Assembly: GCF_009914755.1 (NCBI RefSeq)
Contig: NC_060926.1
Origin: the human T2T-CHM13v2.0 reference genome, Homo sapiens
Length of the DNA stretch: 64,000 bases
Reading direction: 5' to 3' (one strand)
The notes below the pieces were generated by a model. That model ran no database searches and was not told the DNA's origin. It saw only the letters and a program-made list of their open reading frames with translations. The translations under genes were made by a program, and so were the position numbers. Of the stretch, positions 31,601-45,439 are shown piece by piece (position 1 is the first letter of the stretch; each line of letters opens with the position of its first letter).

Positions 31601-34096
31601 ACTAAAAGAAAAATAAATGCATAGAAAGGATCCCAACTCTTTGTTGCTTAGATGATGATTTCTCTGCACCAGCACACAGAGACTCATGCCATCAGGAACA
31701 CTGGGCAGAGGTTGTTTTGTTCGTATACTGTGCTCCAGTAACAACTGGCCTCCCACTGTGCCCTGGGCAGTACAGCACAGATAGCACCTGCAAAGGTACA
31801 GAAACCAGGGCTCATGGGGACACCTATCAGCTGAGAAGAGTAACAATCTCACTTGATGCAATTAAGATGGCATAGATTTCAAGCAGTAATTGGTTTATTC
31901 TGATAGCTCCCAGTCTGTACTATCCTTTGTTCCCCTCCCCCAGGCTATTTCTCCCTAATCTAGTATATCTCACCCTCAGCTTCCAGCTTCCTTGAAAAGG
32001 GAAACTTTGTTTTTCTTCTTGTCTGCCCCAGGATCCCTAAATCCCTCTTTGCTTCTTGCCTTATCCACTTTGAAACTCTTCCACTATCCTTCCTCACATG
32101 GCTGATAGCAGTGCACTGCCTACCACACACATCTTGACAGCTTGGTCCTTGGTTAACATCCTCATCTTCTTCTTATCTTATATTTAGAATAAGAGCTTGT
32201 CACCATCTTAGACCAGATCCATCTCATTCTCTTCTGATTTTTATATTGATGCCTTTTTCTAATTTGCTAATTATCCAATCCTTCTCACTCTCGTTAACCT
32301 AATTCTGTGTACTCTTAAAATTTATATTTGAAAGAGCCATAAGAGGACCTCAAGATCCTTAAGAAGCATTTCTTTATTCTTTGTCCCATCCCCATCTCTC
32401 TTTCTCTTTCTCTCTCTCTCTCACACACACACACAATTTTTTTTTTTACAACTCTGACACCTAATCCAACTCACTTTCATGACTTGCAACACAACCTCTA
32501 TAAGGAAATATTGCCCCCTTTCCCCATCCCATCACTTAAATAGAACTTATGTTGCCTAGATTTTTAAACTCTTCTAGATTCAAATAGGCTGACAACTTTC
32601 AAATTTACCTAGAACTCTTTTAAGTGTTTGGGATAGGGGAATTCATTTTCATCACAAATGTGATAATGGTTGTCTTCCCCATGTGAACCTCTGTAAGGTT
32701 CTGAAAGTTTAGTATAGTAAAATAACTTCCATTAACAATTTATTATCATTATGAAGGTATGCAAACTTTATTTGAGCAAAATTCCATGTTCACTCTTTTA
32801 AGATTAAAGTATTAGTTTTTCCTCATGGGATTTTTTTTCATGTTCTATATGTTCATTCTTCATATTATATATGTTCTTCCAATTTTTAGCAAACCATTTG
32901 ATGCAGCTTTCCTCCTTGATTTTATTTACTTACTAGAATAAATTTAGAGCCAAGGATTGGTTCAACATTGCAACAAACTGAAGAATAGCATTCACATCTC
33001 TACATGAAAATCTGAGGTCTTAAACATAATTTCTTTTAAATAAGTGAGATTTCCAGTTAAAGAGAATTAAATGCAAGGACATGATAAAATATTGAGGAAC
33101 GCAAATGATATAACTCTACAAATGCAAAGAGAAGGTGCGAGAAGACATCAGTGGTGTGGAAGTTTCAATAGATCTTTGAAAAAACTGAAAGGTGATGGAG
33201 AAATTATAGTTGATTAAACAAGACACAGGAAGCCAAAGTTTAAAGGGTGTGCAGAGGGGAAAGAAATGATATGAGAGTCAGTTGTCCATATGGAATCAGG
33301 AGAGGTGATGGAAGCAAAAGGTATGGGAACATGGGGTGAGAAATGCTGTGGAAAATTGGATGATTTGGATGTCTGTATTGGAAACACTTCTCAAACATCC
33401 CTTAGCCCCATAACCCAGAATGCCAGGCAGAAAGCTGTAGGTCATTTATGATGTTAAGCAGGATAGTCTTAGGACTCAGGGGCAGTAGAGCTGATGAAGG
33501 TAAGAGATGAGTCAAAAGGCTGAAAACTGAGTAGAGGGCATTCTGTGAAGGTGAAAATGAAAAATGAAAAACCTATCATTTCCCAGCTGTAAATAATTTA
33601 CTCTTCTCAGCCAAGCAGTTGTTGGAGCCAGCAGGCTGATGGAGATTGAAGTCCAGGAGCAAAGACCTGGACTTTTTTAGCAGCTCCTTGGAGAGAGCTC
33701 ATGAAGGACTGTCTCAGCTCTGGATTCAATGGGGACCTGACATCTAGTGTCAGAAAGTCCATAATAAGCACAGCACATGGCAAGCTTCTAACGGCTCCTC
33801 AGAGAGAAGGCCATCAATCTATACGACTGTAACAGGTAGGACTGGAAACCGTAGAGCAAACACTGAACAAGAGGCCAAGCCCTCTCAGTTTTCAAACCTG
33901 CAAACAAATAAACAAACCAAAGACAAGGGTGACAGAGACTGCCACTTGTTGTCTAAACAAGGGATTATTATACTGGCTAACGCTATACACCCATCCCTAG
34001 AAGGAAAAACCAGTATAATGTCAACATTTAAGATAACTCAGAGACCCAACCTGACAACCTGAGCCCCAGTTATTAGAAAAAGAATAATAATAACTT

Positions 34097-34393
34097 GGCT
34101 GGGCGCAGTGGCTCACACCTGTAATCCCAGCACTTTGGAAGGCCGAGTCGGGTGGATCACGAGGTCAGGAGATCGAGACCATCCTGGCTAACACAGTGAA
34201 ACCCCGTCTCTACCAAAAATACAAAAAATTAGCCAGGCGTGGTGGTGGGCACCTGTAGTCCCAGCTACTCAGGAGGCTGAGGCAGGAGAATGGCGTGAAC
34301 CCAGGAGGCGGAGCTTGCAGTGGGCTGAGATGGCGCCACTGTACTCCAGCCAGGGCGACAGAGCAAGACTCCGTCTCAAAAAAAAAAAAAAAA
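34097..34393 (+). mobile_element. AluY
   Basis: GGATCACGAGGTCAGGAGATCGAGACCATCCTGGCTAACAC, GAGAATGGCGTGAACC and GGAGCTTGCAGTG. Confidence 0.93.
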
Positions 34394-34571
34394 GAAAGAG
34401 TAACAACTCACCCAAGTAGCCAAAGCGCCACACAAACAACAATAAAACAACAACAAAAAACCAGAACTCTCAGAATAAGCCGCTGAAACCAGCACGTAAC
34501 TTGAATTAAAAAAAAATGAGAATTTAATGAAATTTAGATAAGTGTAATTCCAAGGCCTTCACTTCATATCC

Positions 34572-35129
34572 TGTGGTGGACAGATTTTTAGGTGGCCATC
34601 ATGGTCCCTGCATTTTAACGATTGCTATTCCTTCCTCTTACATGTGGGTAGAACCTGTGATTTGCTTCTGATCAGTAGAAAACAGCAAAGGTGATGAAAT
34701 ATATGTAACTATGTTACCTAAGGTTGAAGTGTCCGTTTCTCTGCCATTTCTCTCACCCTTACTGATTGTGAGGAGGAAAGCAGCCATGTTGGGGAACCTC
34801 ACATGGCAAGGAACTGCAGGTGACCTCTGAGAGCTGGGAATGGCCTGTGACCAACAGAAACTAAAAGCTCTCAGTTCTACAGTCACAAGGAACATAATGC
34901 TGCCAGCAACCATGAAAGCAGGGAAGTGGCTAATTCCCCATTCAAGCTCCAGATGATACTACAGCCCTGGGTGTTCCACCTTGATTGCAGGCTTGTGAGA
35001 CCCTAAAGCAGAGGACTCAGCAAAGCCATGCCCAGGCTCCTGATCCACAGGAACTGTGAGATAATTAATTTGTATTTGGGCCTCCAAGTTTGTGGAAATA
35101 ATCTTATGCAGCAATAGATAACTAATGCA
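34572..35129 (+). mobile_element. MLT1E/F-like MaLR solo LTR
   Basis: TG...CA ends (TGTGGTGGACAG...GCAGCAATAGATAACTAATGCA). Internal CACATGGCAAGGAACTG and CTTGATTGCAGGCTTGTGAGACCCT. Confidence 0.85.
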
Positions 35130-36377
35130 TAGATCTCAATGTGATCTGATGTTTGCAATTCGCAATTTGCACAATCATGCATGGTAATCTTCGGTGGACA
35201 GGAGGAGGAGGACAAGATGGAAAGAGATACAGGTGAAAAAAGAAAAGACTTTATAAAAATATTTGGTACAGTCCCATTTGTGTTAAAATTATGTATGTTC
35301 ATTAATAATTGGAAAATATGTAAGTGAAAAGCAGATGGTGTAGTAATGAATATATTCAGTAATTCTTTTTCATTAAAAATAATCAAAGAAAATCAGCACA
35401 TCACAGTTTTCCATATGGGTAAATGCATTTATAGATTACTATGCATTTTTTGGCTCCATGACTTTTAGCTCTTTATAGCACAAGTATTCTGCCTTTGCAA
35501 ACAAATCTCTAGTTTCATATAAGATGAAAATTTCTGAAACACTTTTTTCATACCTAGAAGATTCATCTAAACCCTAGATATTCCAGGGTTTAGGTTTCAC
35601 ACAACACTATGGCTCCATGCTCCCCAGTTTTCTTTGATAAAATGTGCTTCATTAAATATTTTTCTATTGGTTGCTCAAGTTGATCCTCTACTCATTACCC
35701 TTCTGCTTTCCCTGTCATTAACAACACTTGCAATCTCAGACAGATGCAATTTCAATAGGCTGTCAATTACCTTTAATTTTCAAAGTGAGATGATGATTGA
35801 ATTGTGAATTTTTGTTCAATTTTAATCCCCTGGATTTGGAGAAGTTAATGATTCATTTTGATAACTTGCATTATTTCTTATTTATCATCCTTGAAAGCAC
35901 TTCATGAATAAGCTGTTCATTTAATTCGTCTTTTACAAAGGTATTAGCATTTTTACTCTCCTTTATAAATAATCTTGAAATGACATTTTATTTCAAAGCA
36001 ATTCTAGGAAAATCACAGTAGGATAAAACAAGAAGGGTCTCAATAAGATGAAAGCATTTTTCATAATAGATATGTTTCTAGATTTTGAGTTCACAGATCA
36101 CTAGGTTTGTAATCATGACTGCTCTCTGGAAAAAAGAAAGGAGGGTTTATATGTATTTTTTAAACAAACATGGAAAAATAATTTTACAATTTTTCAATAG
36201 TGTTGAAATATTTGTGCTACTCAGAATATAGCCTCATATCATTCATTAGTTCATCTAACCACTAGCTTTACCACACCTTTACAATCATGTATATGTATAA
36301 TAAACGTATATATGAATTGTAACTAAGGCATATGTGACTTTAAGATGTTTGCTGGTTTTAGGTCTGTAGGTGTCAAT

Positions 36378-37220
36378 TATTCATTTATTCAGCAAATCAG
36401 GCAACACTGCATTAGTTGGAAACTATGCAATACTGAGTAAGAAAACCAAAATATTCCTTAATCCCATGGAGCACACAATATACACAATATATAGCAGAAA
36501 GAGTCTTATGAGAGAATCATACCAATAATTAAACTGTCACAAATATCGTAAGTCCTATTAAGAAGATACATCTGTTGCCCTAAGTTGACATGTGGGAGAG
36601 ACTTAGGAAGGTGGGTCAGGGCTTCCTTGAGAAAGTGAAGAGTGAGCTAACTCTGAAGGCAGAGCAGGATGACCCTAGTGAAAGTGTTTGGGGAGTGTTC
36701 CAGGATGGAGGAAAATCCTGTGCAAAGTCCTGGAATGAGAAGGAGCCTGACAGGTTGGAGGCACAGGACATCTGGGCAGGAGCACTGAGAGTGAAGGAAA
36801 ACGGGGAAGACGTGAGCTAAAGGGCCACAGGGACAAGACCAGGACTTCTGCAACAGGGTTGCCTTGGAAGTCACCTGGGTAGTGTGGGCCACCCAGACCC
36901 ATTCAAGGAGGATCTCTAGGGCAGGACTCGGGCACTAGTATAAAGTGCCCCGGAGATTCCAAGGTCCATCCAGTGTTCAGAGATGCTTGACTAGGGCAGG
37001 CAGGGCCCTCAGCCATGTTAGGATTCTAGTTATTTTCCTAAGATCAATGTGTTTTTATTAAAACGTAACAAGTTCAGATTTGGGGGTTGAGAATAACATT
37101 TAAGCTACTATGTGGGAAATATATTAATGGCTCATGATATAGTGGATGCAAAGAGAATCAGGAGGCTATTGGAATAGTTCCCAAGAGGAGAAAATAATGA
37201 GATGGCTAGAGTACTGAAGA
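36378..37220 (-). mobile_element. L2 fragments
   Basis: ATTCATTTATTCAGCAAAT, GGGCTTCCTTGAGAAAGTGA, TGTGCAAAGTCCTGGA and AGGAGGCTATTGGAATAGT are antisense L2 motifs. Confidence 0.6.
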
Positions 37221-37260
37221 AATAAAATGAAATAAAAAAGTAATTTAAATACTATATTTT

Positions 37261-37562
<302 letters not shown>

Positions 37563-39885
37563 TTACTTTGTTTCAAGTGAGATTAAAGAACTTTTAAATA
37601 ATTGTAATGGGTTTATTGGAGACATTACTCCACTGTCTTTATGTATCCAGTGTTGCTGTTGAAAAGTCTAACAGTCATACTCTTGTTCATTTTTAGGTGA
37701 TTGCCTTTTTCTCTTCAGAAAATTCTAGAATATTCTCTTTTATGTTTTCAAGTCACAGGACAATGTGCTTAGCTGAAGTTTTAACGTTTTTAATTTTATA
37801 TAATGTTTTCCTTATTTATCATGTTTGGCACTGTATGCATTTCTTCAGCCAGAAGTCTGATATATCTTTCTTTAATTCTAGGAAATTCTGGTTATTTTTT
37901 CAACTCTTCCCTCCTTCTTTTCATGACTTATATTAAATAATGCTGATCCTACTACCTCTAATTTCTCACTCTTTCTGTCTCTCACTCTGTAATCGGTATG
38001 TTTTTAAACATACATACTTTAAATAAACATATACATATGTGTTTTATATAGGTATATAAAATACACATATATAAACATATATATGTGTGTAAACATATAT
38101 ACATAATATATATGTGTGTCTTTAACATTTGTTTCCTGCTTTTCATTATTTTTATCCCTTGTTGATTCATTCTGAGAGTTCTTCAACTTGAGCCTATAGT
38201 TTAAATCATTTTTCAGTGGTTTACATTCTTCTATTGTACCCATCCATTGCGTTCTCCATTTCAATGACAATAGATTTCATCCTAATACCTCCAACTGGAT
38301 CCTCTCTATAATTGCTTGCTATTTCATCATGTTTCCAATATCTCCTCCTATTTCTCTGAGAATAATATGCTATTTTGAATATCTGTTCTGTGCATTCTGA
38401 TAGTTTTCCAGTATAAGTTGTTTATTTGTAGTGTGGCTTTTTCCCCTGCTGTGTTCTGGCTTCATAAGTGTGTTGAGTGGTAATATTGCTTTGGAGAAGG
38501 AAAAGAAAAAGAGCAAAAGTTTAGGTTTTGCTTTGTGCTCCTAAAAATGTCCACATGTGCATAACAGGTGTGCACCTCAAGACCTATAATTTTGCAATCA
38601 GACTTCTGCCATTCCCTTTTCATCCATCTACCTCCACTCTCAGTTCCCCCGCACCCCCCAACCAGTCGTCACCAGAACTCTTCCCAGGACTTCAGTCCTG
38701 CTCTTATGGGGTGGCTGCTTGTAACAGCCAATGGGTTGGGCTGTTGAGAGGCCAGCTAGGCAATCAGAACTCCTTGCATAAGGCTCCCAATTTAAGCTCA
38801 CATATGGCACTTCCTTGTGTTCTCTCTTATCCTCATTTTTTGCTATTGCTTTCTTGTCCAGTATCAAATAGATGGAGAATAATCTAGGACTTTGGATTTC
38901 AAGGCAGTAGCACGGGCCTAGCCTGGGTAAAGAAATGAATGTAATTAGAATACTCTTCTCTTGCCATCCCCGGCTGGAATCCAGGCCACAGTTCCTGAGC
39001 TATGCCAATGCTCCTACTCCACTAGGAGCTTACTCTCAGTGATATACTTAGTCTTCTCAAGCTTTCGTCTTGGTTTCTTAGTTATTTACTGATTAGAGTT
39101 CTGAGATCTATCAGCCTCCCTCCTTCTGCTCTGCAGCCTCCACTGTTAGTTATATGAGTTGAGATAACAGCCATCAGAGCTTACCATTTCCTTATTGAAT
39201 GATCCCCAGTAATTTAGAATCTCTTCTTATCTTTTACCAAGACCTTTTGTCAATATATGCATATGATTAATTTGCCCATTAACTTCTTCCACAATTAGTT
39301 TTCAATCTTCAGAAAACTCTCCTTCTTTTTCTGGGTTGTTTCTAAATACCTTCTCCCTCATTGCTTTACTTCTAGAAGAATGTAAACCACTATGATAAGT
39401 CTTCCCAGGCATAAAAAGCATTACATTTTTTATAAAATTACACTGCTATCAATTTTTCTTATAGTTCCAGTTTTTACCTCATGTATTTAGATGCTCTGAC
39501 ATGTTTTGCATAAAAGTTTATGACTTTATGGGGTATTTAAAAATATTATTTATATGTAATATTAAACCTTTAACTTAATACTGTGACTATACTTACAATA
39601 TTTGTCAAATAAATCTTTTCCTATTTGCTTTATATTATTTTTTAGGTATATCTCAGGTATAGATTAAATATTTTTAAAGATATTACATAATCTTTCGCTT
39701 TTATGGAGGAATATAAGCTTTCTATATTTATTAACATGTGATATACTTAGTTTTACTTTTGCCTGGTTTTCCTAATTTTGTTTATATTTATTTGTTTATA
39801 TTTTATTGTCATTTTGTTTTGTCTTTTGCCATATGGATCATTTTATTTGCTAGTGATTCAGCAATTTGAACATTATATATTATAC

Positions 39886-39930
39886 TTTTAATTAATTTTA
39901 ATTAATTTTAATTATTTTAATTAATTTTTA
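39886..39930. repeat. (TTTTAATTAA)n short tandem repeat
   Basis: About 4.5 copies of a 10-bp AT-only unit. Confidence 0.85.
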
Positions 39931-40365
39931 AATAAGGATTTTCCTATTAAATGAAGGAAAACTATAAGGTGATAAATTTAACATATCATTATTCTTCTTA
40001 CAGTATAAGCTCCCAGTAGTTTTAATATAATATGGACTTTGTTTTAAACCACTATTCCTTGTTATATTCCACATCCTCTCCTTGAGCAGCAATTTTTAGC
40101 ATTAGTAATCTTTTCGGATTTAAATTACAATGATTTTATCATCTCAGTTTTTAGCTGGTATAAATGCCGGTTGCCAACTGTTTTATGCTATGACTTTTTC
40201 ATTCTTGATGTTTGTATTAAATCGAGATGCTAACCTTGATTATCAGGATTGTAAACATTAAAGATTCTCTAGTTGAAGTGCAAATATAGATTTGGCACAA
40301 AGCAATCATTTAATAAATCTACTAATTTTATTTATAGTCTTACTTTTTGGAGTGCATGAGAAGAC

Positions 40366-40666
40366 TTTTTTTTTTTTTTTTTTTGAGGCGGAGTCTCGCT
40401 CTGTTTTCCAGGCTGTAGTGCAGTGGCACACTCTCGGCTCATCACAAGCTCTGCCTCCCAGGTTCAAGTGACTCTCCTGCCTCAGCCTCCTGAATAGCTG
40501 GGACTACAGGCGCACACCACCATGACCTGCTAATTTTTGTATTTTTAGTAGAGATGGGGTTTCACTATGTTGGCCAGGCTGGTCTCGAACTCCTGACCTC
40601 ATGATCCTCCTGCCTTGGCCTCCCACCAAATTGCTGAGATTATAGGCATGAGCCACCATGCCCAAC
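40366..40666 (-). mobile_element. AluSg-like
   Basis: GGCTGGTCTCGAACTCCTGACCTCATGATCC. TSD core TGAGAAGAC at 40357-40365 and 40667-40675. Confidence 0.9.
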
Positions 40667-42996
40667 TGAGAAGACATTTTAAATAAGTAAAATAGTTACT
40701 ATTTAAAAACTATTAATGACATTATTTGTAATTCATCACATCAAAAATATGTCTTCCATAAGTTTTTTCCCAAGTAAAATTCAGAGTAGAATTTCTGTAT
40801 CCTTGCACAGATAAACATTTTTTTCTGTCATCTGAATGCACACATTTGTTTAAGTATAATAGATTTGTAGCATATTTTTAAAATTTGCACATTTTTATCT
40901 TAAATTTGTTTCTGTGCTTAGTTTTTTAGAAGATAAATATGGGTTACCTTATTTTATCACCATTATAGCATGTTTTCTCTCCTCATTCCCCTTCCTCTTT
41001 CTTCTCTTCCTTCCTCTCTCATCTGGTTGCCTCTAGAACTTTTTTCTTTGATGTAGTTTATGCTTTCATCTAGATGTAAATATATTTCTATCAACTCTGC
41101 CTGGGATATGGTTGATCCATTCCGGCAATACCTGTATCAGTGGGCCTTTGATTATCATTTCTTTTCAGTTATCTTTTTTGCTGCACTTGTTTCAATATTA
41201 GAAACTGTGATCAAGACCCAGAAACCAAAGGCAGACTCCTATCATCTCTATCCTCCAAATCCATCATCTTTTCTATAATCACATCCTGCACCTGTCTTTG
41301 TATTCTACATTCCTGGAAAAATTTTCAGAACAATTTCTGGTCAGTGTTCAGATTTTCTATTATCACAGTAGTGTCCTTTACCTTATCCAAATAATTACTT
41401 AAACTTTGAAGTCACGTTATTTTTTTTTTTTTTACGATTTTTTGGCCTGTTTATCTACTCCTATTTTATATATTTTTCCCTGCTTCTCTCATCAATTTCC
41501 TCCCCCACCCCTGATTATGGGTGTTTTCATTCAGTTGCCAACATGTGAAAACAGATTTCTTAGAAATCTCATATGCTAGCTTTTTAGGAAGTAAGAGCTC
41601 TGACAACACTATATCTCAGATCCCACCTGTAACCATTGGCTGAGGCTCCCCTCTTTAGCTAGAACATTTTCTCTCCAATTTGTCACTGACTCCCCACTCC
41701 TTGACACTATGTTTCAGTTGTATTTTATTATTATACTTGTGAGTTTTTTCTTAAGCTAGTGCTAAATAGAAAATAAAATATTTTTATCTTATTTTGGACC
41801 CAAATTTCCATCAAAAGATAGGGGAGAGGGATGAAAGACAGAGTGAGGAGCTGCTTACTTAAGAAATATATTATAATGGATGTTTTCTTCTGTGGATGTG
41901 AAGAATGGTCCTTCATGGATCCTATGCAAGCAAAAACTATCTGTGCCTAAAGATCATGGGTTCAGACATCTTTATAAAACAAATCATAAGGAGACCAGGT
42001 AGAAAATACAGAAAAAAAGCAAATGAAAAATTCAATAAGCTAAAAAACATTTAGCTAAAAATTAATATTCACATTTTAATATGCTAGAAGGTTTATTTCT
42101 AAAATGTTTTGGGTGATAAAATTAACCCCAAATTAAAAGTTTCCTACAATGTTATGTTTATTTTTAAAAATGTATTGAATACAGAGAGATATGTTTTCCA
42201 AACAAGAAACAAGCACTTACATTTATAAATATAATTACAATTCTGCTGATTAGAATTTTTAATCTACAGTTTAGAAAAATTAAAGAAAAAAACATGAATA
42301 ATTTGGGGTGTTTTCTATTGCAACTATTGAAAACAGATAAAAAATATCACTGAGTTAGCCACATCTATAACCTTGATAAAAAAAAAAAAATTAGTATGAA
42401 CAATACATTTGGACATTAGTCTATGATAGGCAAAATTCTAGAAAATGCATTCTTTGTGTTAAAAATTTTGAAAAGGTGTAATGTTGTCCCAGCAAAATTA
42501 ATGTTTATATATAAAGAATATTTCTGAAATTGTTGAAGTTGATCTCGGAACTGTAAGAAAACTTATATTCAAGTTGGTACATTTGGCAGGAATAGGGAGC
42601 TTCAATTTAAAAATGATATAGGTAAATTTATTGACATAGGTTTGTGCTAAAAAGTTGAAAATGGAATACGTAATGGACATAATAATTAACATTGTAAACA
42701 GAATTAATTCCCATGTCTTGACTCATCCATGAATTAGGTACACAGTAGAGTAGATAGTTGTGTTGCATTGAAGTCAGATCACAGACGGTGATGATGCTTT
42801 TTAAACCCTTGAAACAAATTAATTTGCTCATGTCTTTCAAAGAAGATTCGTACCTCATCTTCCCAATGGAAACATAGATCATAATTTTCTTTTTTAGTTT
42901 AATACCTCAACAAAATTTCCTTGAATATTTCTATGCAAGCAAATTTATTATTAATTACAAAAGTTTGTGATTTTCTCGTTTTAAATGAAAGCGTGT

Positions 42997-43481
42997 TGTA
43001 TTAGTTTTATGGCTTCTGTAATATATTACCATAAAACTTGGTGGCTTAAAACAACAGTCATTTATTCTCTTACAGTTCTGGAGGTCAGAATTCTTAAATC
43101 TGTTTCACTAGGCCAAAATCAAGATGTCAGCAGCTCAGGGCTCCCTCCCTCTGGAGGCCCTAAGGTAACACCTGTTCCTTGCCTCTTCCAGCTTCTGATG
43201 GTTTCTGGTAATCTTCTGTTTGTGGCTACATCATTCTAATCTCTGTCTTCATGGTCACATTGCCTCCTCCTCTTCTGTATGTCTAATCTTCCCCTGTCTC
43301 TCTCTCTTATAAGGACATATGTGATAGCATTTAGGGCCCAGCCAAATAATTCAAAACAATCTCCCAATCTCAAGGTCCTTAACTCTAATTACATCTGCAA
43401 AGATACTTTTTGCAAGGTAACAATGATAGGTTCCAGAAATTAGGACTGAATATCTTTGGAGCCACTGTTTAGTTTACTACA
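42997..43481 (-). mobile_element. MLT1C-like MaLR solo LTR
   Basis: TGTATTAGTTT...GGTGGCTTAAAACAACAG...ACAGTTCTGGAGGTCAGAA...CTTATAAGGACA...ACATCTGCAAAGA...TACTACA. Confidence 0.85.
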
Positions 43482-43799
43482 CATGCCTTTGGGAAACTCA
43501 TTTGGCAAAGCAAAATCTGGCCTCTTTTCCTTTGCTGAAATTAGTTTTGAGAAATAAAAATAATTTTCTAAATTACATTTCCAATACTGTGGGGATAAAA
43601 TTAAATTCAAAACAAGGTTTTACAGTCATAGAGTTTATGAAAATGAAATAAAATTGATTGGTTCTCTTTCCCAATCAACACCAATGGTATGCATGAAAAA
43701 AATACAAATAAAAATTGTTGCACTGGAGGGCAAAATGGTACTGAAAAGTCACAGAAAGAAAATGGATATTCCTGATTGGTTGACAGCTTCTCTACAAAT

Positions 43800-44445
43800 A
43801 TTGATACAGGGACCAAGTGTCCTTCTGTCTCTTGACTTCATTATCTTCAAAACACAGCTTCCTGCACTGCTACAGAATAGAAAACAACATGGAAGCTGAT
43901 AATGTGGGAGAGTTTTCTAGGCCAGGCCTGGCAGTGGTAACCCTCACTTTCTTTTATATCTTACTGTCTGTAAGTCATGCTATGAACTGAATACTTGTAT
44001 CTTCCCCCCAAATTTACATGTTGAAATCCCAACTCCCAAGATAATGGTGTTAGGAGGTAGAGCTTTGGGGAGGTAAACTGGTCTTGAGGGCAAAGCCCTC
44101 ATGGGTGGGAATAATATTCTTACAAAAGAGACTCTAGACAGAACTGTCACCCCTTTCACTGTGTGAGGACACAGCAAGAAGGTGCCATACGTGAGGACGT
44201 GGACCCTCATCAGATAGGAGATCTGCTAGTTCCTTAATCTTGGACTTTCTAGCCTCCAGAACTGTGGGAAATAAGTTTCTGTTGTTCATAAGCTACCTAG
44301 TTCAAGGTATTTTTGTTACAGCAACCCAAATAGATGAAGACAACTCAGTTACACCTAAATGCAAATGAATATGAAATATATTATCTAACTGCTATCCCAG
44401 AAAAAAGAAGAAATGGATAAGTGAATAAGTAGCAGTCTCTTCCAC
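43800..44445 (-). mobile_element. Older MLT1J/K-like LTR remnant split by MLT1A0
   Basis: GGCCAGGCCTGGCAGTGG before the insertion and CACCTAAATGCAA...AGCAGTCTCTTCCACA after it. Confidence 0.55.
43978..44342 (+). mobile_element. MLT1A0-like MaLR solo LTR
   Basis: TGCTATGAACTGAAT...TGTGAGGACACAGCAAGAAGG...GCCTCCAGAACTGTG...AAGACA. 5-bp TSD AGTCA/ACTCA (43973-43977, 44343-44347). Confidence 0.88.
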
Positions 44446-45439
44446 AACTCTTCTTCCTAACCTAAAAACAAATAGAAAAGAAATAAAAAAAATAAAAACA
44501 AGAATTTGATCTTCAATGAAACAAGAAAATGTCCCAGCCTTAAATCTTAAATCATACAATATCTGTGCATCAGTGATCATATAGAAACAAAAATTGGTAA
44601 GAACACAAAGAAGTAATATATGTTTGGTAAGTCTACATGCTTTTGTGAAAGAAGTTACAGTAAACAAAAGCATAGAATAGAATGACAAAATTTTCAACCA
44701 AGAATGAACCATTGAATAACAAGATGATATCTCAGTCAAAACCCAGTTCATTCTGTATGATAGCAAGAGATGAGTAGTAGCTGCGGAAGAAGTCTTATTT
44801 ATAAACCATCTTTGTTGCTAAATCATACCTCCTTTGTTTAAAGAAAGCACAGAAAATGAATCAATTTTTTAAAAAAAGAAGAAAGGAAAGAACTTAAATA
44901 AAAGGCAATGCGAACACACATTACAAGAAGAATATAAGAATTTCCCAAAGAAAACGAAGTGTGCAACGAAACGGTTTCCACTATTCTCAAACAAACTAAA
45001 CACACATGATTCCTTTTTTAAAAAGAGCTTAAAGATCACATGACAATGTCTAGGAAGAGATTGTACAAAAGAGAAAAACAGAAAACTGAACTGGGAGAAC
45101 TTAGAAAAGAAATGGAAGAATACAATGGAAGCATACAAAATGAAAAAATTAAAATAGTACAGATTTTAAAGACATATTTGAAATAATAAAAATACAATAA
45201 ACCTGACTGAAAATGCCTTGGACATGGTGAATAGGTTAAAGATAAATCAAACAAAAGTGATATTGTGAAGATGGTAGATATTTACAAGGGACAAAGTAAA
45301 TATTAAAATGACAATAAAAACAAACAGAGAGAAACAAATAATCCAAGTTGTGGTATAAAAAAATACCTTCTTGAAATAAAGACAGAGAAGAGTTTTGAAA
45401 TTTTAAGGGTCAAGACTTCCATTTAAAAATAACTCAGAG

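Noticed and set aside
38005-38120. TA/CA-rich stretch (also 54690-54770) generating 'YIYMCI'-type ORFs
   Set aside because: Low-complexity degenerate microsatellite.
42854-42930. Minus-strand 77-nt segment bounded by TTGCATAG and GTACGA (IFKEILLRY*TKKENYDLCFHWEDE)
   Set aside because: All three frames contain stops and I recognise no homolog, so I cannot support it as a coding or pseudogene exon.
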